Notes: generated from the letters alone by a model not told the origin. Positions 15,502 through 25,993 are shown, counted from the first letter of the stretch. The stretch: 64,000 nucleotides of DNA from Deinococcus sp. (GCA_965261005.1 OZ253375.1:2894560-2958559), one strand, 5' to 3'. Made by a program: numbers and translations.

Positions 15502-16530
15502 ATGATTGATCTGACCGCCTGCTTTCCCGAGCTGACGCCGGGCGAGCTGCTGGCCGGCTTCGTGCCGGGGGCGCGCTTCGCCGGGGTCAGCTTCGGTAAT
15601 TACCGTGCCGACCCCCGCTTTCCCTCGCAGGCGCAGGCCAAGCGGACGCTGGAGACCTTTGCGGCGCGGGCGCCCGCGCGGCGCGGCGGCTGGTTCCGGC
15701 GCCAGCCCCCCGGCGAGGGGTGGTACCTCGACGGCGGCTTCGGGGTGGGCAAGACCCATTTGCTGGCGGCCACTTGGCGGGCCTTTTCTGAGGGGCGTCC
15801 CGGCAAGGCGGCCTTTCTGAGCTTTCAGGACTTGGTGTACGCCGTGGGCGCCCTGGGCATGGGGGAGGCGGAGCGGGCGTTCGGCGCCTATCAACTGCTG
15901 GCCCTCGACGAGTTCGAGCTGGACGACCCCGGCAACACCCACTTGGTCGGCACGCTGCTGGGCCGTTTGATGCCAGAAGGGCTGAACGTCGTCACGACCT
16001 CCAACGCCGCCCCCGGCGCGCTGGGCCAGGGCCGCTTCGACGCCGCCGCCTTCGGGCAGCAGATCGAGGGCATCGCGCGGCGCTTCACGGTGCTGCCGGT
16101 GGACGGGCCGGACTACCGGGCGCGCGGCGGCGCGTTGGGAGCGCCCTTCACGGCCGCCGGGTACGCCGCTTGGCGCGCGGGGCAGGACCCGGATAGCTTG
16201 GCGGAGCTGAGCGGCGAGGCGCTGGAGCGCCACTTAAAAGAAGTCCACCCGGCGCGCTTCGGCAAGCTGCTCGCCGGCGTGGGCGCGGTGGGCCTACTGG
16301 ACCTGCGCCCCTTCGAGGACCAAAGCGCCGCGCTGCGCTTCGTCCACTTCGCCGACAAGGTGTACGACCTGAAGCTGGGCTTCGCCCTGACGGGGGCGCC
16401 GCTGGAAAGTCTGTTCGCCGATACGTACCGCCACGGCGCCTATGCCAAAAAGTACAGCCGCTGTCTGTCGCGCCTGTCAGAAATGCTGCTGGAGGCCCAA
16501 GCTGAACGTGCAGAAAAAGTCACGGATTAG
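15502..16530 (+). CDS. zapE: AFG1/ZapE family ATPase
   Basis: YLDGGFGVGKTHLL Walker A, LDEFE Walker B, TTSN, GPDYR. Confidence 0.9.
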   Translation: MIDLTACFPELTPGELLAGFVPGARFAGVSFGNYRADPRFPSQAQAKRTLETFAARAPARRGGWFRRQPPGEGWYLDGGFGVGKTHLLAATWRAFSEGRPGKAAFLSFQDLVYAVGALGMGEAERAFGAYQLLALDEFELDDPGNTHLVGTLLGRLMPEGLNVVTTSNAAPGALGQGRFDAAAFGQQIEGIARRFTVLPVDGPDYRARGGALGAPFTAAGYAAWRAGQDPDSLAELSGEALERHLKEVHPARFGKLLAGVGAVGLLDLRPFEDQSAALRFVHFADKVYDLKLGFALTGAPLESLFADTYRHGAYAKKYSRCLSRLSEMLLEAQAERAEKVTD

Positions 16531-16705
16531 AGAATATTTACAGAGAATTTCACGTTCTTATATAGAATTTCCTTTGGAAACGCTTTCGGTTACGAGATAC
16601 TAAAGACGGCCACACGGCCTTCGCATCCGCCCGGAACGTTCGCTCGGTACCCTGGGTGAGGTCGGAATTCCTTCTCTCTCCGCCACAACTCAAGGGGTTC
16701 ATCAC

Positions 16706-16900
16706 ATGCGTCAGATTCAGTGTAGCTGGGTGCCGGGCACGCTCAACCGCGTGCGCATCCAAGGACCGAGCGGGCCGTTCGAGATCACCATGGAGCGCGC
16801 CGAGCGCGTGCTGGGGCGCGGGAAGTTGCACGACCTGTACCTCAAGGGCAAAATGGTCCTGAACGTCGGCGAAGAGGACATCAGAAACCTCGTGGCGTGA
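16706..16900 (+). CDS. Small hypothetical protein (64 aa)
   Basis: AAGGGG RBS, high-GC3 codon usage, own terminator downstream. Confidence 0.7.
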   Translation: MRQIQCSWVPGTLNRVRIQGPSGPFEITMERAERVLGRGKLHDLYLKGKMVLNVGEEDIRNLVA

Positions 16901-16913
16901 GGCCGCGCTTTTG

Positions 16914-16943
16914 GGGCCGGATTCGTCCGGCCCTTTTTCTTTT
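16914..16943 (+). terminator. Rho-independent terminator
   Basis: GGGCCGGA-TTCG-TCCGGCCC followed by a T-tract. Confidence 0.85.
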
Positions 16944-16961
16944 GCCAGGTAGCATAGGGCC

Positions 16962-18104
16962 ATGACTTCCGAACCTTTCCATCCGATTGACGTGGATCAG
17001 GCCGCCCTGCTGCGCGATCTGGAGGCCCTGGTCACCACTGAGTCCCCCTCGGAGGACCGCGCCGGCGTGAAGCGCGTGATGGAGACGGTCGAGGGCTGGC
17101 TGCGCGACCTCGGCGCGACGGTGCTGCACTTGGAGGGCGACACCCGGCACTTTATTTTGGACGGCCCAATCCTAAAAGGTTCTGGGAATGCCCCAGAAGA
17201 CAGCGTGCTGATCCTCGCGCACGCGGACACTGTCTGGCCCCACGGCACGCTGGAGACGATGTCCTTCCGGGTGGAGGGGGGGCGCGCCTACGGTCCTGGC
17301 ACTTACGACATGAAGGGCGGCGTCGTGGGCGCGGTTCACGCCCTGCGGGCGCTGAAGGGCCAGCTCACGCGCCGGGTCGAGTTGCTGCTCACCCCCGACG
17401 AGGAGATCGGCTCGCCCGAGTCGCGCGAACACATCGAGCGCGTCGCCGCGCGAGCGGGCGCCGTGCTGGTCGTGGAGCCGCCGGTGGCGGGCACGAACGC
17501 CCTCAAGGTGGGGCGCAAGGGGACCGGGATGTTCCACGTCATGTTGCGCGGCGTGGCCTCGCACGCGGGCAACGCCCCGCAGGAAGGGGCCAGCGCCATC
17601 GCGGAGGCGGCCCATCAGCTGCTGGCGGTGGAGGCGCTGGCCGACCCTGCGCGTGGCACCACCCTGAGCGTCGGCCGCGTTGCGGGCGGCGGCGCCATCA
17701 ACGTGGTGCCCGCCCACGCCGAGTTCTGGACCGACGTGCGGGTGTCCAGCTTGGATGAGGCGGCGCGGGTGGAGGCGGCGGTGCGCGCCCTGGGGGCGCA
17801 CGACGAGCGCGTGCGTCTGTCGGTGGACGGCGGCCTGAACCGTCCCCCCTTCGAGAACGGGGGCGGCACACAAGCTTTGTTCGCCCGCGCCCAGGAGATC
17901 GGCCGGCAGCTCGGCTGGGAAGTGACGGGGGAGAGCGTCGGCGGCGGCAGCGACGGCAACTTCACGGCCCCGCTGCGGCCCACCCTGGACGGTCTCGGCG
18001 CCCCCGGTGCGGGCGCCCACGCGGAGAGCGAGCACGTGGACCTGACCGCCTGGCCGCGCCACGTCCAGCTGCTCGCCGAGCTGATCCGCGATCCGGGGGT
18101 ATAA
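16962..18104 (+). CDS. M20 metallopeptidase (glutamate carboxypeptidase-like)
   Basis: AHADTVW, DMKGG, DEEIGS, GGGSDGN, GAHAESE. Confidence 0.9.
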   Translation: MTSEPFHPIDVDQAALLRDLEALVTTESPSEDRAGVKRVMETVEGWLRDLGATVLHLEGDTRHFILDGPILKGSGNAPEDSVLILAHADTVWPHGTLETMSFRVEGGRAYGPGTYDMKGGVVGAVHALRALKGQLTRRVELLLTPDEEIGSPESREHIERVAARAGAVLVVEPPVAGTNALKVGRKGTGMFHVMLRGVASHAGNAPQEGASAIAEAAHQLLAVEALADPARGTTLSVGRVAGGGAINVVPAHAEFWTDVRVSSLDEAARVEAAVRALGAHDERVRLSVDGGLNRPPFENGGGTQALFARAQEIGRQLGWEVTGESVGGGSDGNFTAPLRPTLDGLGAPGAGAHAESEHVDLTAWPRHVQLLAELIRDPGV

Positions 18105-18158
18105 GGGGTGGGGAGGGAAGACCTCCACAAGCCACGCTCCACGCTCTACGATCCGGCC

Positions 18159-18449
18159 ATGTTCTTCAAACGCCGGCCACCCCCCAATCCCTACGTCAAG
18201 CAGGACGACCAGAACACCTACCGCCTGCGCCTCAGAACCGCCCCGCACGGCGACGTGGTCGAACTGCGCTTCACCAAGAGCGCCAATATCGGCGTGGCCG
18301 ACGACGGCGGCTACGTCTTTCGCAAGGGCTTCGTGTCGGGGGAGCACTTCGACCGCGGCCAGGTGAGCGTCCACTTCGACGCGCGCTACACCGTCACCGG
18401 GACCGAGATCGAGGGCGGTGAGCTGATCGAGGTGCGCGACTGGGCGTGA
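18159..18449 (+). CDS. Hypothetical protein
   Basis: Typical codon usage; MFFKRRP...GGYVFRKGFVS...IEGGELI. Confidence 0.65.
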   Translation: MFFKRRPPPNPYVKQDDQNTYRLRLRTAPHGDVVELRFTKSANIGVADDGGYVFRKGFVSGEHFDRGQVSVHFDARYTVTGTEIEGGELIEVRDWA

Positions 18450-18477
18450 GGGTTGGGGTGTTCTTCGAGCTTCCGGG

Positions 18478-18720
18478 TGGCCCCCACCCCCCCAGCCCCC
18501 CTACCCCCAAAGGGGGCAGGGGGGAGCGACGCTGCGCTCGGCACGTCCGTCGGCTGGAGCGTTGGGCTGCTGTGGGTCGCTGTCTTCGTTATCGGGTCAC
18601 TGCCGCCTAAATAAAAACCTCTTGGTGCAAAGGCGGTGAGCCGCTTGCGGGAAAGCGGGGCAGATGTATTTGTCTTTGCTCCCCTCCCCACCTGAGGGGG
18701 GAGGGGCCGGGCGTGGGGGA
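18478..18720. repeat. Non-coding palindromic REP/MITE-like element
   Basis: Hairpins CCCCCTACCCCC-AAA-GGGGGCAGGGGG and CCCCTCCCCACCTGAGGGGGGAGGGG at the two ends; lies between convergent genes. Confidence 0.55.
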
Positions 18721-18753
18721 TCCCGCCAATGAACTTGCACGCCTAATCCTTCA

Positions 18754-19602
18754 CTACGGCGCCTGCACGAACAGCGGCAGGTCGCTCGGCGCCGCCACGC
18801 CGGCTGTTATGGCGCGCTTGTGCAGTTCTTGCACCGCGCCCTCGCCCTCGTCCCCTATGTCCAGCGAGAAGTCGTTGACGTACAGGTTGATATGGGCCTG
18901 CATGACGGCGTCGCTCATCTCCAGGGCGTGGCGGCGGATGTAGGCGCGGCCCTCGTCGGGGTGGGCGCGGGCGTGTTCTAAGCTGGCGCGCACCGCCCCG
19001 TTGAGGTCCCACTTCAGCTGCGCTGGCAAGTCGCGCCGGACCAGGATGGCGCCGAGGGGCAAGGGCAGCTTCGTTTCACCCTCCCACCACTCGCCCAGGT
19101 CCGCGAACTTGTGCAGACCATAGTTTTGATAGGTGAAGCGCGACTCGTGGATGATCAGGCCGGCGTCCGCCTCGCCGCGCAGCACGGCCGGCATCACCTC
19201 GTCGTACCTCATGCGCGTGACCCGCGCGCCCGGCGCCGCCAAGCGCAGCAGCAGTTCGGCGGTGGTCAGGGCGCCCGGCGAGGCGACCAGTTTGCCGTTC
19301 AGGTCGCTCAGCGGCTCTCTTGTCACCACCAGCGGCCCCACCCCGCGCCCCAGCGCCCCACCCGCGCGCAAGGCCACGTAGCGGTCCATCACCGAGAAGG
19401 AGGCGCGGTAACTGATCTTGGTGATGGGGAGCCGCCCATCCCGCGCCCAGGCGTTCAGGGTCTCCACGTCCTCCAGCACCTCGCGCACCGGCAGCGGGGA
19501 GGGCACCAGGCCGTGTGAGAGCGCGTAGAAGATAAAGGTGTCGTTGGGACAAAACGAGTAGCCGAGGTCGAGGATGGCGGGGGGAGCGGGGGAGAGGGTC
19601 AT
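18754..19602 (-). CDS. mqnD: 1,4-dihydroxy-6-naphthoate synthase (futalosine pathway)
   Basis: GYSFCPNDTFIF, GALGRGVGP, IIHESRFTY, LPLPLG, HINLYVN. Confidence 0.95.
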   Translation of the reverse strand: MTLSPAPPAILDLGYSFCPNDTFIFYALSHGLVPSPLPVREVLEDVETLNAWARDGRLPITKISYRASFSVMDRYVALRAGGALGRGVGPLVVTREPLSDLNGKLVASPGALTTAELLLRLAAPGARVTRMRYDEVMPAVLRGEADAGLIIHESRFTYQNYGLHKFADLGEWWEGETKLPLPLGAILVRRDLPAQLKWDLNGAVRASLEHARAHPDEGRAYIRRHALEMSDAVMQAHINLYVNDFSLDIGDEGEGAVQELHKRAITAGVAAPSDLPLFVQAP

Positions 19603-19643
19603 AAGCTCAAAGTAAAACGTTCCGGTTCAGTCAATTGCGACCT

Positions 19644-20450
19644 TCAATCTGAGCGCAGCCGCGCCCTCAGCCGGCTGAGGACCTCGTAGAGGACCACACG
19701 CAGGGCCTCCAGCCGGTCCGCCGGCTGCGGCAGGGTGAGGTCGAAGCGCGGCTCGTCGGCGGGCACTGAAATTACGGTCAGACCTTGCGCCCGAAAGAGC
19801 TTGGCGGCGCGGCGGCTGTGGGAGGGCGAGGTGACCAGCAGCACGCGGCGCCAGCCCAGCTGACGGGCCAGCCCGCCCGCGCGGCGCGCCTCGTCCGCCG
19901 TGTCGGTCACGTTCCGCAGCACCTCCAAATGTGGACCCGTGCCGCCGTAGAGCCGCTTGACCTCCGCTTGTTCCAGCCCCGCGATCTTCGGGCAGGACGC
20001 GCCGCCAAAGAGGTTCGACTGCTCGGACACGGTGAGAAGCGGGGCGTAGCCCGCGCGCCACAGCTCCAGCCCGCGCGTGAGCCGGGCCGCCGAGGTGGCC
20101 TCCAATTGGGCGCTGCCGCACGACACGCCGCCGCCCAGCACCACGATGGCGTCCGCGGGCGCGGGCGCGCCCAATTCGGTCAGTGCAGTTAGCGCCGGCC
20201 GCAGGATGGGTGTGAACAGCGTGACCAGCAGCAGCGCCGCCGCCAAGGCGCCCAGCGCCAGCAAGCCCCGCCGCAAAAGGGGCAGCGGCGCGCAGGCCAG
20301 GCAGACCAGCACCACAACGGCCACCACCGGAAACGTCGCCCGCACCCCGCCGAACAAGGCGACTGCCCCGGCGAGGGCGCCGCCCAGCGCCAAGCAGGTC
20401 AGCCAGGCTTCCCAAGTCGGCCAAGTCCAACTGAACCGGCCCCTAGCCAT
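19644..20450 (-). CDS. YdcF/DUF218 family membrane protein
   Basis: DAIVVLGGG, LVTSPSHSRRA; N-terminal TM helices. Confidence 0.85.
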   Translation of the reverse strand: MARGRFSWTWPTWEAWLTCLALGGALAGAVALFGGVRATFPVVAVVVLVCLACAPLPLLRRGLLALGALAAALLLVTLFTPILRPALTALTELGAPAPADAIVVLGGGVSCGSAQLEATSAARLTRGLELWRAGYAPLLTVSEQSNLFGGASCPKIAGLEQAEVKRLYGGTGPHLEVLRNVTDTADEARRAGGLARQLGWRRVLLVTSPSHSRRAAKLFRAQGLTVISVPADEPRFDLTLPQPADRLEALRVVLYEVLSRLRARLRSD

Positions 20451-21240
20451 GTCCCCGCAGGTACTCCGTCGCGAAGTCCACCAACGCCCGCTGCGACATC
20501 AGTCCCGCCTGCGCTGACCCGATCCGGCCGCGCCGCACCCCGCCCGCCGCCTCGAAGGCGGCCTTGATCGTCGGGAAGTCGGTATCGTCTTCGTCGAGGT
20601 CGCGGTACACCTGCCAGACCCGCCCGCCATTTTTTAGAATCGGCGCCCCCTGCTTCACGCGCCCGCGCGTGCCGGAGCGGTGTTCGGCCAGGTGCAGGCT
20701 GGAGTTGCGGTCCGTGCCCAGCAGCAGCACGCGGGCGTCCAGATCGTGGAGGCGGGCGAGGGGCGAGCCTTCGCCAAGTGCATCCGCCAGCGTGTGCCCG
20801 GCCGTCACAAACTCGGCCTGCCGGCCCCAGGCGCAAAAGGACGCGGTCGGGTGGTCGCTTCTGAGGACGCCCGGAAAGCTGCGAAAGGTCTCGGCGACCC
20901 GGCCCACCCCCCGCGTGGGCGTGTAGCGCGCATCGAAGGCGGGCATGCTGTCGCGGATGGTCTGGTGCCATTCGCGCGGCACGGGTGGGTTCTGCCACCG
21001 CGCCGGGTCGGACAAGTCCCCCGAAAAGGCCGGCATCGCCAGCGTGCCTTCCGGCGTCAGCACGTCTTGAAGCGCCTGAACCACCGCCACCGGGCCGCCC
21101 GAGACCCAGCCCAACGCGCTCAAGGAAGCGTGGACCAGCACGCTCGCGCCGGCCTCCAGCCCGAGCGCTTGCAGATCGCGCGCCAAGCTGTCGCGGGTGC
21201 GCGGCGCGTCGGCGGCTTGGATGGCGAACAGTTCGGACAT
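20443..21240 (-). CDS. AAC(3)/YokD family N-acetyltransferase
   Basis: VHASLSALGWVSGG, RSDHP..SF, SSLHLAE. Confidence 0.9.
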   Translation of the reverse strand: MSELFAIQAADAPRTRDSLARDLQALGLEAGASVLVHASLSALGWVSGGPVAVVQALQDVLTPEGTLAMPAFSGDLSDPARWQNPPVPREWHQTIRDSMPAFDARYTPTRGVGRVAETFRSFPGVLRSDHPTASFCAWGRQAEFVTAGHTLADALGEGSPLARLHDLDARVLLLGTDRNSSLHLAEHRSGTRGRVKQGAPILKNGGRVWQVYRDLDEDDTDFPTIKAAFEAAGGVRRGRIGSAQAGLMSQRALVDFATEYLRGHG

Positions 21241-21312
21241 GAGGGCAGTGTAGGGGGAGCGCGCCCCTCTACGTCGAGGGGCGCTTTACAAACTCAGGGG
21301 CAATCATCCATC

Positions 21313-21747
21313 TCAAACGATGCCCCACCGCATCAGTTCCCTCGGCTCGTACACTGGCAAACTGAGCTTGTTCCTCAGGCGCAGCAGGTGCTTGTCTCTG
21401 CTCACGATGGCGTCGGGTCCAGCGCTCATGTAGAGGTCGAGCAGATACCAGTCCTTCGGGTCCGGACACGACGGCCAGTCCAGCCGCCGCTCAGGGCGCG
21501 CGATCTCGGCCACCTCATATAGGTCCATCGCCAAACCGAAGGCGTCCGCCGGCGTGATGCCCCCTCCCAGCTTGAGAACGTTCGGATATGTCAGCACCCG
21601 TCGCAGTTCGGCGAAGTGGTCCCGGCCTAACACCAAGGCAACGTCAAAGCGAAGGGCCGCCTCGTACAGCTCGCGGGCGGGACCGCGGTCACTGGTCAGG
21701 CCGCTGAGCAGCACGTTCACGTCTGGAATCAGGCGGGGCCGCTCCAC
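21313..21747 (-). CDS. PIN-domain toxin
   Basis: IPDVNVLLSG, CPDPKDWYLL, IVSRDKHLL. Confidence 0.85.
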   Translation of the reverse strand: MERPRLIPDVNVLLSGLTSDRGPARELYEAALRFDVALVLGRDHFAELRRVLTYPNVLKLGGGITPADAFGLAMDLYEVAEIARPERRLDWPSCPDPKDWYLLDLYMSAGPDAIVSRDKHLLRLRNKLSLPVYEPRELMRWGIV

Positions 21748-22161
21748 CTACTCTTCCTGCGGCTTCGCCATCCACGTTTTTGCCCTTTGCGTCAGTTGCC
21801 GCTCGATCTCTTCCCTGGTCAGCTCGGGCAGCCGGGACGTGTCCCTCGGCGGGTCCGGCGTCTGGTCACGTGCCCAGCGAATGGCGCGCTCGATCAGGTC
21901 CGCTTGCTCCTCGTCGCTCAGCACCGAGAATGCCTCGCGCAGCCGGTCGAGGGCGGGCGTCTCCATGGTGGTGCGCCGACTGAGCTTGTGCTCGACGACG
22001 GCGCTGGGAATGCGGTAGCGCGGCCGGCCCTTCGGCGTGGTGCCGATCTGAATGGCCTCCAAGTCGCCCTCCTTGATCTGACGCCGCACCGTGTCGTCGC
22101 TGACGTGCAGGAGCTGGGCAACCTCGCTGACGGTGAGCAGGCGGCGGGGTTCCAATGTCAT
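21748..22161 (-). CDS. Excisionase-like HTH_17 DNA-binding protein, probable antitoxin
   Basis: LLTVSEVAQLLHVSDDTVRRQIKEGDLEA...YRIP; abuts the PIN gene. Confidence 0.8.
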   Translation of the reverse strand: MTLEPRRLLTVSEVAQLLHVSDDTVRRQIKEGDLEAIQIGTTPKGRPRYRIPSAVVEHKLSRRTTMETPALDRLREAFSVLSDEEQADLIERAIRWARDQTPDPPRDTSRLPELTREEIERQLTQRAKTWMAKPQEE

Positions 22162-22219
22162 AACGTCCTCCTCCGCTCAGCTTACCGCAAAATCAGCAGG
22201 TGCCGCTGTTTCCGCTTCC

Positions 22220-23989
22220 TCAAAACGGCCAGCGCCACGGAATGACCACCATCGCCACCACAAACGAGAGCAGCGTCAGGCCGCTGCCCACCTTGACGAA
22301 GTCGAAGAAGCGGTAGCGGCCGGGGCCGAAGACCAGCAGCGAGGCGGGTTCCAGCGGGGTGATAAAGGAGTTGCTGGCCGCGATGGCGACGCCCACCACG
22401 AAGGGGCGCGGGTCGTAGTGCAGCTGCGCGGCCACGCCCAGCACGATGGGCAGCATCACCAGGGCCGCCGCTTGGTTGGACATCGGCTGCGTGAGCAACA
22501 CCGTCAGCAGAAAAAAGCCGGCCAGCAGCGGGCGCGGCCCCAAGGCGCCCGCGAGGCCCGCCAAGTGCTGCGCCAGGTAGGTCGCCGCCCCGCTGCGCTC
22601 GAAGGCGGTGGCGTAGGCCAGCATGCAGGCGATCAGGACCAGCACCGACCACTCAATGGCGCCGTACCCCTCCTGCGGCGAGATCACGCGAAAGGCGAAC
22701 AGCAGCGCGGCGGCGGTGAGGGCCGCGACCGCCAGCGGCAGCGGCGTCAGAATGCTGACCAAAATGGCCCCCGCGAACAGGCCCACCGCCAGCGGGGCGC
22801 GCTTGGTGTCGCGCTGCTGTTCGCTGAGGTCCGAAAGCAGCGTGAGGTGGCCCTCCAGCGCGTCCAGCCGGGCCTGCGGCCCCTGCACCAGCAGCACGTC
22901 GCCCACCTGCACCCGCGCCTTGGACAGCGACTCGGCGGCTTGGGCGCGGCGGTGCAGGGCCAGCACCGACAGGCCGTAGCGCTCGCGAAAGCGCGATTCG
23001 CGCAGGGTGCGGCCCAGCAGCGGGGAGCGCGGCATCACCACCACCTCGACGAGGCGCACCGCTCCCCTGGCCTCGCCCCCCTGCAAGCTTTCGAGCAATT
23101 GCCGCTCGGGCTTGATGTGGACGCCCAAGCTGCCCCGCGCGCTCAACAGACGCTCGGAGGACCCCTCCACCACCAGCTTGTCCCCTTCGCGCAGCACGAA
23201 GTCGGCCCCCGGCGCGCGCAGGTTGCGCCCCTCCCGCTCCACCGACACCACGATCAGGCCGTGGTCGCGGCCGATGGCGGCCTCGCGCAAACTTTGGCCG
23301 ACCAGCGGCGAACCCTGGTCCAGCGTCAGGTCGGCCAGGTAGGCGCGCAGGGCGTAGCGCTCCTCCAGCGTCGTCTCCCCAGCGGCGCCCTCGCCGCTGG
23401 GCAGCAGGCGCGGCGCCACGGTGAACAGGTACAGCATGCCGAGCAGCGTGATGGGCAGTCCCACCCAGGCCAGCTCGAAAAAGCCCAGCGGCCTCAGGCC
23501 CAGGCGGGCCATCGAGCCGGCCACCACCAGGTTGGTGCTGGTGCCGATAATGGTGACGGTGCCGCCTAAAATCGAGGCGTAGGCCAGCGGCATCATCACC
23601 CGGCTGGGCGCGATCCCCGCGCGGCGCGCGAGGCCGAGAACGACCGGCAAAAAGACGGCGGTGGTGGCGGTGTTGGAGGTAAAGGCGGACACGCCCGCCA
23701 CCGCCGACAGCATCAGGCGCAGGGTGCCCCAAGCGCTGCGCGACCGCTTGCCCAGCCAGGCTCCGATGCCCTCGATCACGCCGGTGCGCAGCAGGGCGCG
23801 CGTCAGCACGAACAGCGAGGCCAAGGTCAGGATGGTGTCGTTGCCGAAGCCGGCAAAGGCCTCGGCAGGCTTCAGCTGCCCGGTCAGCAGCAGGGCGGCC
23901 AGCAGCAACAGCGCCGTCACGTCCACCGGCAGCCACTCGGTGGCGAACAGCACCAAGGCGACCACGAACAGGATCAGGACGACGACCAT
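22220..23989 (-). CDS. SLC13/CitMHS permease with TrkA-C domains
   Basis: SAFTSNTAT, TIIGTSTNLVV, two RCK-C repeats, GPGRYRFFDFVKVG. Confidence 0.9.
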   Translation of the reverse strand: MVVVLILFVVALVLFATEWLPVDVTALLLLAALLLTGQLKPAEAFAGFGNDTILTLASLFVLTRALLRTGVIEGIGAWLGKRSRSAWGTLRLMLSAVAGVSAFTSNTATTAVFLPVVLGLARRAGIAPSRVMMPLAYASILGGTVTIIGTSTNLVVAGSMARLGLRPLGFFELAWVGLPITLLGMLYLFTVAPRLLPSGEGAAGETTLEERYALRAYLADLTLDQGSPLVGQSLREAAIGRDHGLIVVSVEREGRNLRAPGADFVLREGDKLVVEGSSERLLSARGSLGVHIKPERQLLESLQGGEARGAVRLVEVVVMPRSPLLGRTLRESRFRERYGLSVLALHRRAQAAESLSKARVQVGDVLLVQGPQARLDALEGHLTLLSDLSEQQRDTKRAPLAVGLFAGAILVSILTPLPLAVAALTAAALLFAFRVISPQEGYGAIEWSVLVLIACMLAYATAFERSGAATYLAQHLAGLAGALGPRPLLAGFFLLTVLLTQPMSNQAAALVMLPIVLGVAAQLHYDPRPFVVGVAIAASNSFITPLEPASLLVFGPGRYRFFDFVKVGSGLTLLSFVVAMVVIPWRWPF

Positions 23990-23991
23990 GG

Positions 23992-25047
23992 TTAAGCGCT
24001 CACCAAGCGGGCGAGGACGCTTTTGAGAATGTCTATGGCGGCGTGGTACTCGGCGAGGGGCAGGTGTTCCCCCGGCGTGTGGTCGAGCCGCGAGTCGCCG
24101 GGGCCGTAGGCGGCGGTGGGCACCGGCCAAAAGGGGGCGACCACGTTCATGTCGCTGGTGCCGGTCTTGACCTTGACCACCGGCTCGCCGCCGTGCTCGC
24201 GGATGGCGAGCCGCAGGGCGCGCGCCAGCGGGGAATCCTTGGGATGGCGCACGGCGACCTCGTGGCCGGCGAAGTCGAGCGTGAGCGGCAAGTCGGCGCT
24301 CAGGGCGCGCAGCCTTTTTTCGGCCTGTTCGGGAGCGAGGGCGGGTGGCAGCCTCAGCCCCAGGGTGGCCCCGGCGCGCTGCGTCAGGCCGTCGCCGTCG
24401 CTCGACAACTTCTGGATGGTGAGCTGCACAGCGTCAAAGGTTCCTTTCGCCGGCAGGCCCGCCGCCCAGTTGCGCGCCCGGAAGCAGAACTCGGCCAGAT
24501 CGTCGGCGGCGCTGGTTCCCTCGCCCGCGCTGTGAAAGTTGTCTTTTTCGGCGGTGGCGTGGGCGATCAGACGTCCCTTGTAGCCCAGCGTGAGCGCGTG
24601 GGCGCCGCTCGGCTCGCCGATCAGCACGAAGTCGGGCTGGTACTGGGTCAGGGCGAAGCGCGCCCCCTTGCTGGAGGGGGCCTCCTCCTCGGTGGCGCCG
24701 ACGCAGACGAAGGTGGCGCGCGCCAGCGTTTCCGGGGGCAACTCGGCCACCGCCGCCGCGAAGGTGCAAAAGCTACCCTTGGCGTCCACGCTGCCGCGCC
24801 CAAAAAGGGCGCCGCCCTCCAGCTTGACCGGCAATTCCCCCGGCACGGTGTCAATGTGCCCCAGCAGCACGACCGTTCGCGGCCCCGTGCCGCGCGTTCC
24901 CATGGCGTTGCCGGCCGTGTCCAGCTGAGCCGCGAACCCGCGCGTTCCCATCCAGGCCGCCAGATACTCGGCGACTTCCCGCTCCTGCCCGGACGGGCTG
25001 AAGCGCTCGACCGCCCCGCGCAGCAGGGCCTCGCGTTCTTCCCTCAC
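23992..25047 (-). CDS. lysK: [LysW]-lysine/ornithine hydrolase
   Basis: [47 protein letters not shown]. Confidence 0.9.
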   Translation of the reverse strand: MREEREALLRGAVERFSPSGQEREVAEYLAAWMGTRGFAAQLDTAGNAMGTRGTGPRTVVLLGHIDTVPGELPVKLEGGALFGRGSVDAKGSFCTFAAAVAELPPETLARATFVCVGATEEEAPSSKGARFALTQYQPDFVLIGEPSGAHALTLGYKGRLIAHATAEKDNFHSAGEGTSAADDLAEFCFRARNWAAGLPAKGTFDAVQLTIQKLSSDGDGLTQRAGATLGLRLPPALAPEQAEKRLRALSADLPLTLDFAGHEVAVRHPKDSPLARALRLAIREHGGEPVVKVKTGTSDMNVVAPFWPVPTAAYGPGDSRLDHTPGEHLPLAEYHAAIDILKSVLARLVSA

Positions 25048-25048
25048 C

Positions 25049-25993
25049 TCAACCGTCGTCAGACAAGCGCCCCTGAATGTCGGCCACGGCGCGCACCACC
25101 TCGGCGAACACGTAGAGGGCGAAGGCGCCCACCGCCCCCACCCCGACCAGCCACAAGCCGCTCAGCGGCGCGCCGGCCAGCCACGTCAGCGCCCCGACCC
25201 CAATGCCGGTCAGGCCCATCAGCACCGCCAGAAAGCGCAGCGTCGGCGCGAAGCGGCCGAGCGGCGAGGGTGCCGTCTCCCGCCGGGGCGCGCTCGCCGG
25301 CAAGGGGGTGGATGCGGGCGCAGAGATAGACATGGGGGTGGGCGCGCTGCTGATGCGAACCGGCTCGGCTGGGGCGGGTGGTGGCGCGGGGGCCTCTGCT
25401 CGGCCGGCTTCGGTGGGCGCGGCCTCGGGTTCGGCCGCTGGCGCCTCGGCGTGAATGGGTTCCATCCGTGCCGGTTCGGCCCGTTCAGCTTCTGACCGCT
25501 CAGGTTCGGGCCGTTCGGGTTCGGGCGCAGACGCTGTGGACGCGGCGTCTGAAGGCTCCGCGTCCGAACGCTCCGTGTCGCCGGGCCGCAGCACGGTGAC
25601 CGAGGACGCGGCCGGATTGGCGCCGCTCCAGCCGGTCTTCCAAGGTGAGCTGGACTCGCCGGGCGCGGTGGGCAGCGGCGAGGGCGGCAGCGACTTGGCG
25701 CGGGCGGTGGCGTGGCGCACCTCGCCGAAAAAGTGCTGCACCCGCGCCGGCTCGTAGCCGAGCAGCGGCGCCGTGACGGCCGTCGTGTCGCCCGTCTCGA
25801 CGCGCAGGATGCCGGCCTGATCGCTGTGAATGCGGGTCACGTCGCGCAGCTGTACGCTCGCCGCCCCCCCGGCGTCCAAGTGAATCAGCTGGTCCTCGGT
25901 GAGGGCGAAAAAGGCGCCGTCCTTGTCCAGGGTGGCCGTGGGCCGCACGTCAAACCCGGCCGCGCGCAGGTCGCTGAGCAATTGGTCGTTCAT
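25049..25993 (-). CDS. Hypothetical membrane protein with Pro/Ala/Glu-rich linker
   Basis: Globular N-terminus, low-complexity linker, two C-terminal TM helices. Confidence 0.65.
   Translation of the reverse strand: MNDQLLSDLRAAGFDVRPTATLDKDGAFFALTEDQLIHLDAGGAASVQLRDVTRIHSDQAGILRVETGDTTAVTAPLLGYEPARVQHFFGEVRHATARAKSLPPSPLPTAPGESSSPWKTGWSGANPAASSVTVLRPGDTERSDAEPSDAASTASAPEPERPEPERSEAERAEPARMEPIHAEAPAAEPEAAPTEAGRAEAPAPPPAPAEPVRISSAPTPMSISAPASTPLPASAPRRETAPSPLGRFAPTLRFLAVLMGLTGIGVGALTWLAGAPLSGLWLVGVGAVGAFALYVFAEVVRAVADIQGRLSDDG

Noticed and set aside
20443..21240. AAC(3) as an acquired resistance gene
   Set aside because: Host-like GC, overlapping a housekeeping neighbour, no mobile context; YokD-like chromosomal homologues are common
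25330..25600. Short PERPE/AEP repeats, and similar PAQ repeats near 57930
   Set aside because: Ordinary low-complexity protein linkers
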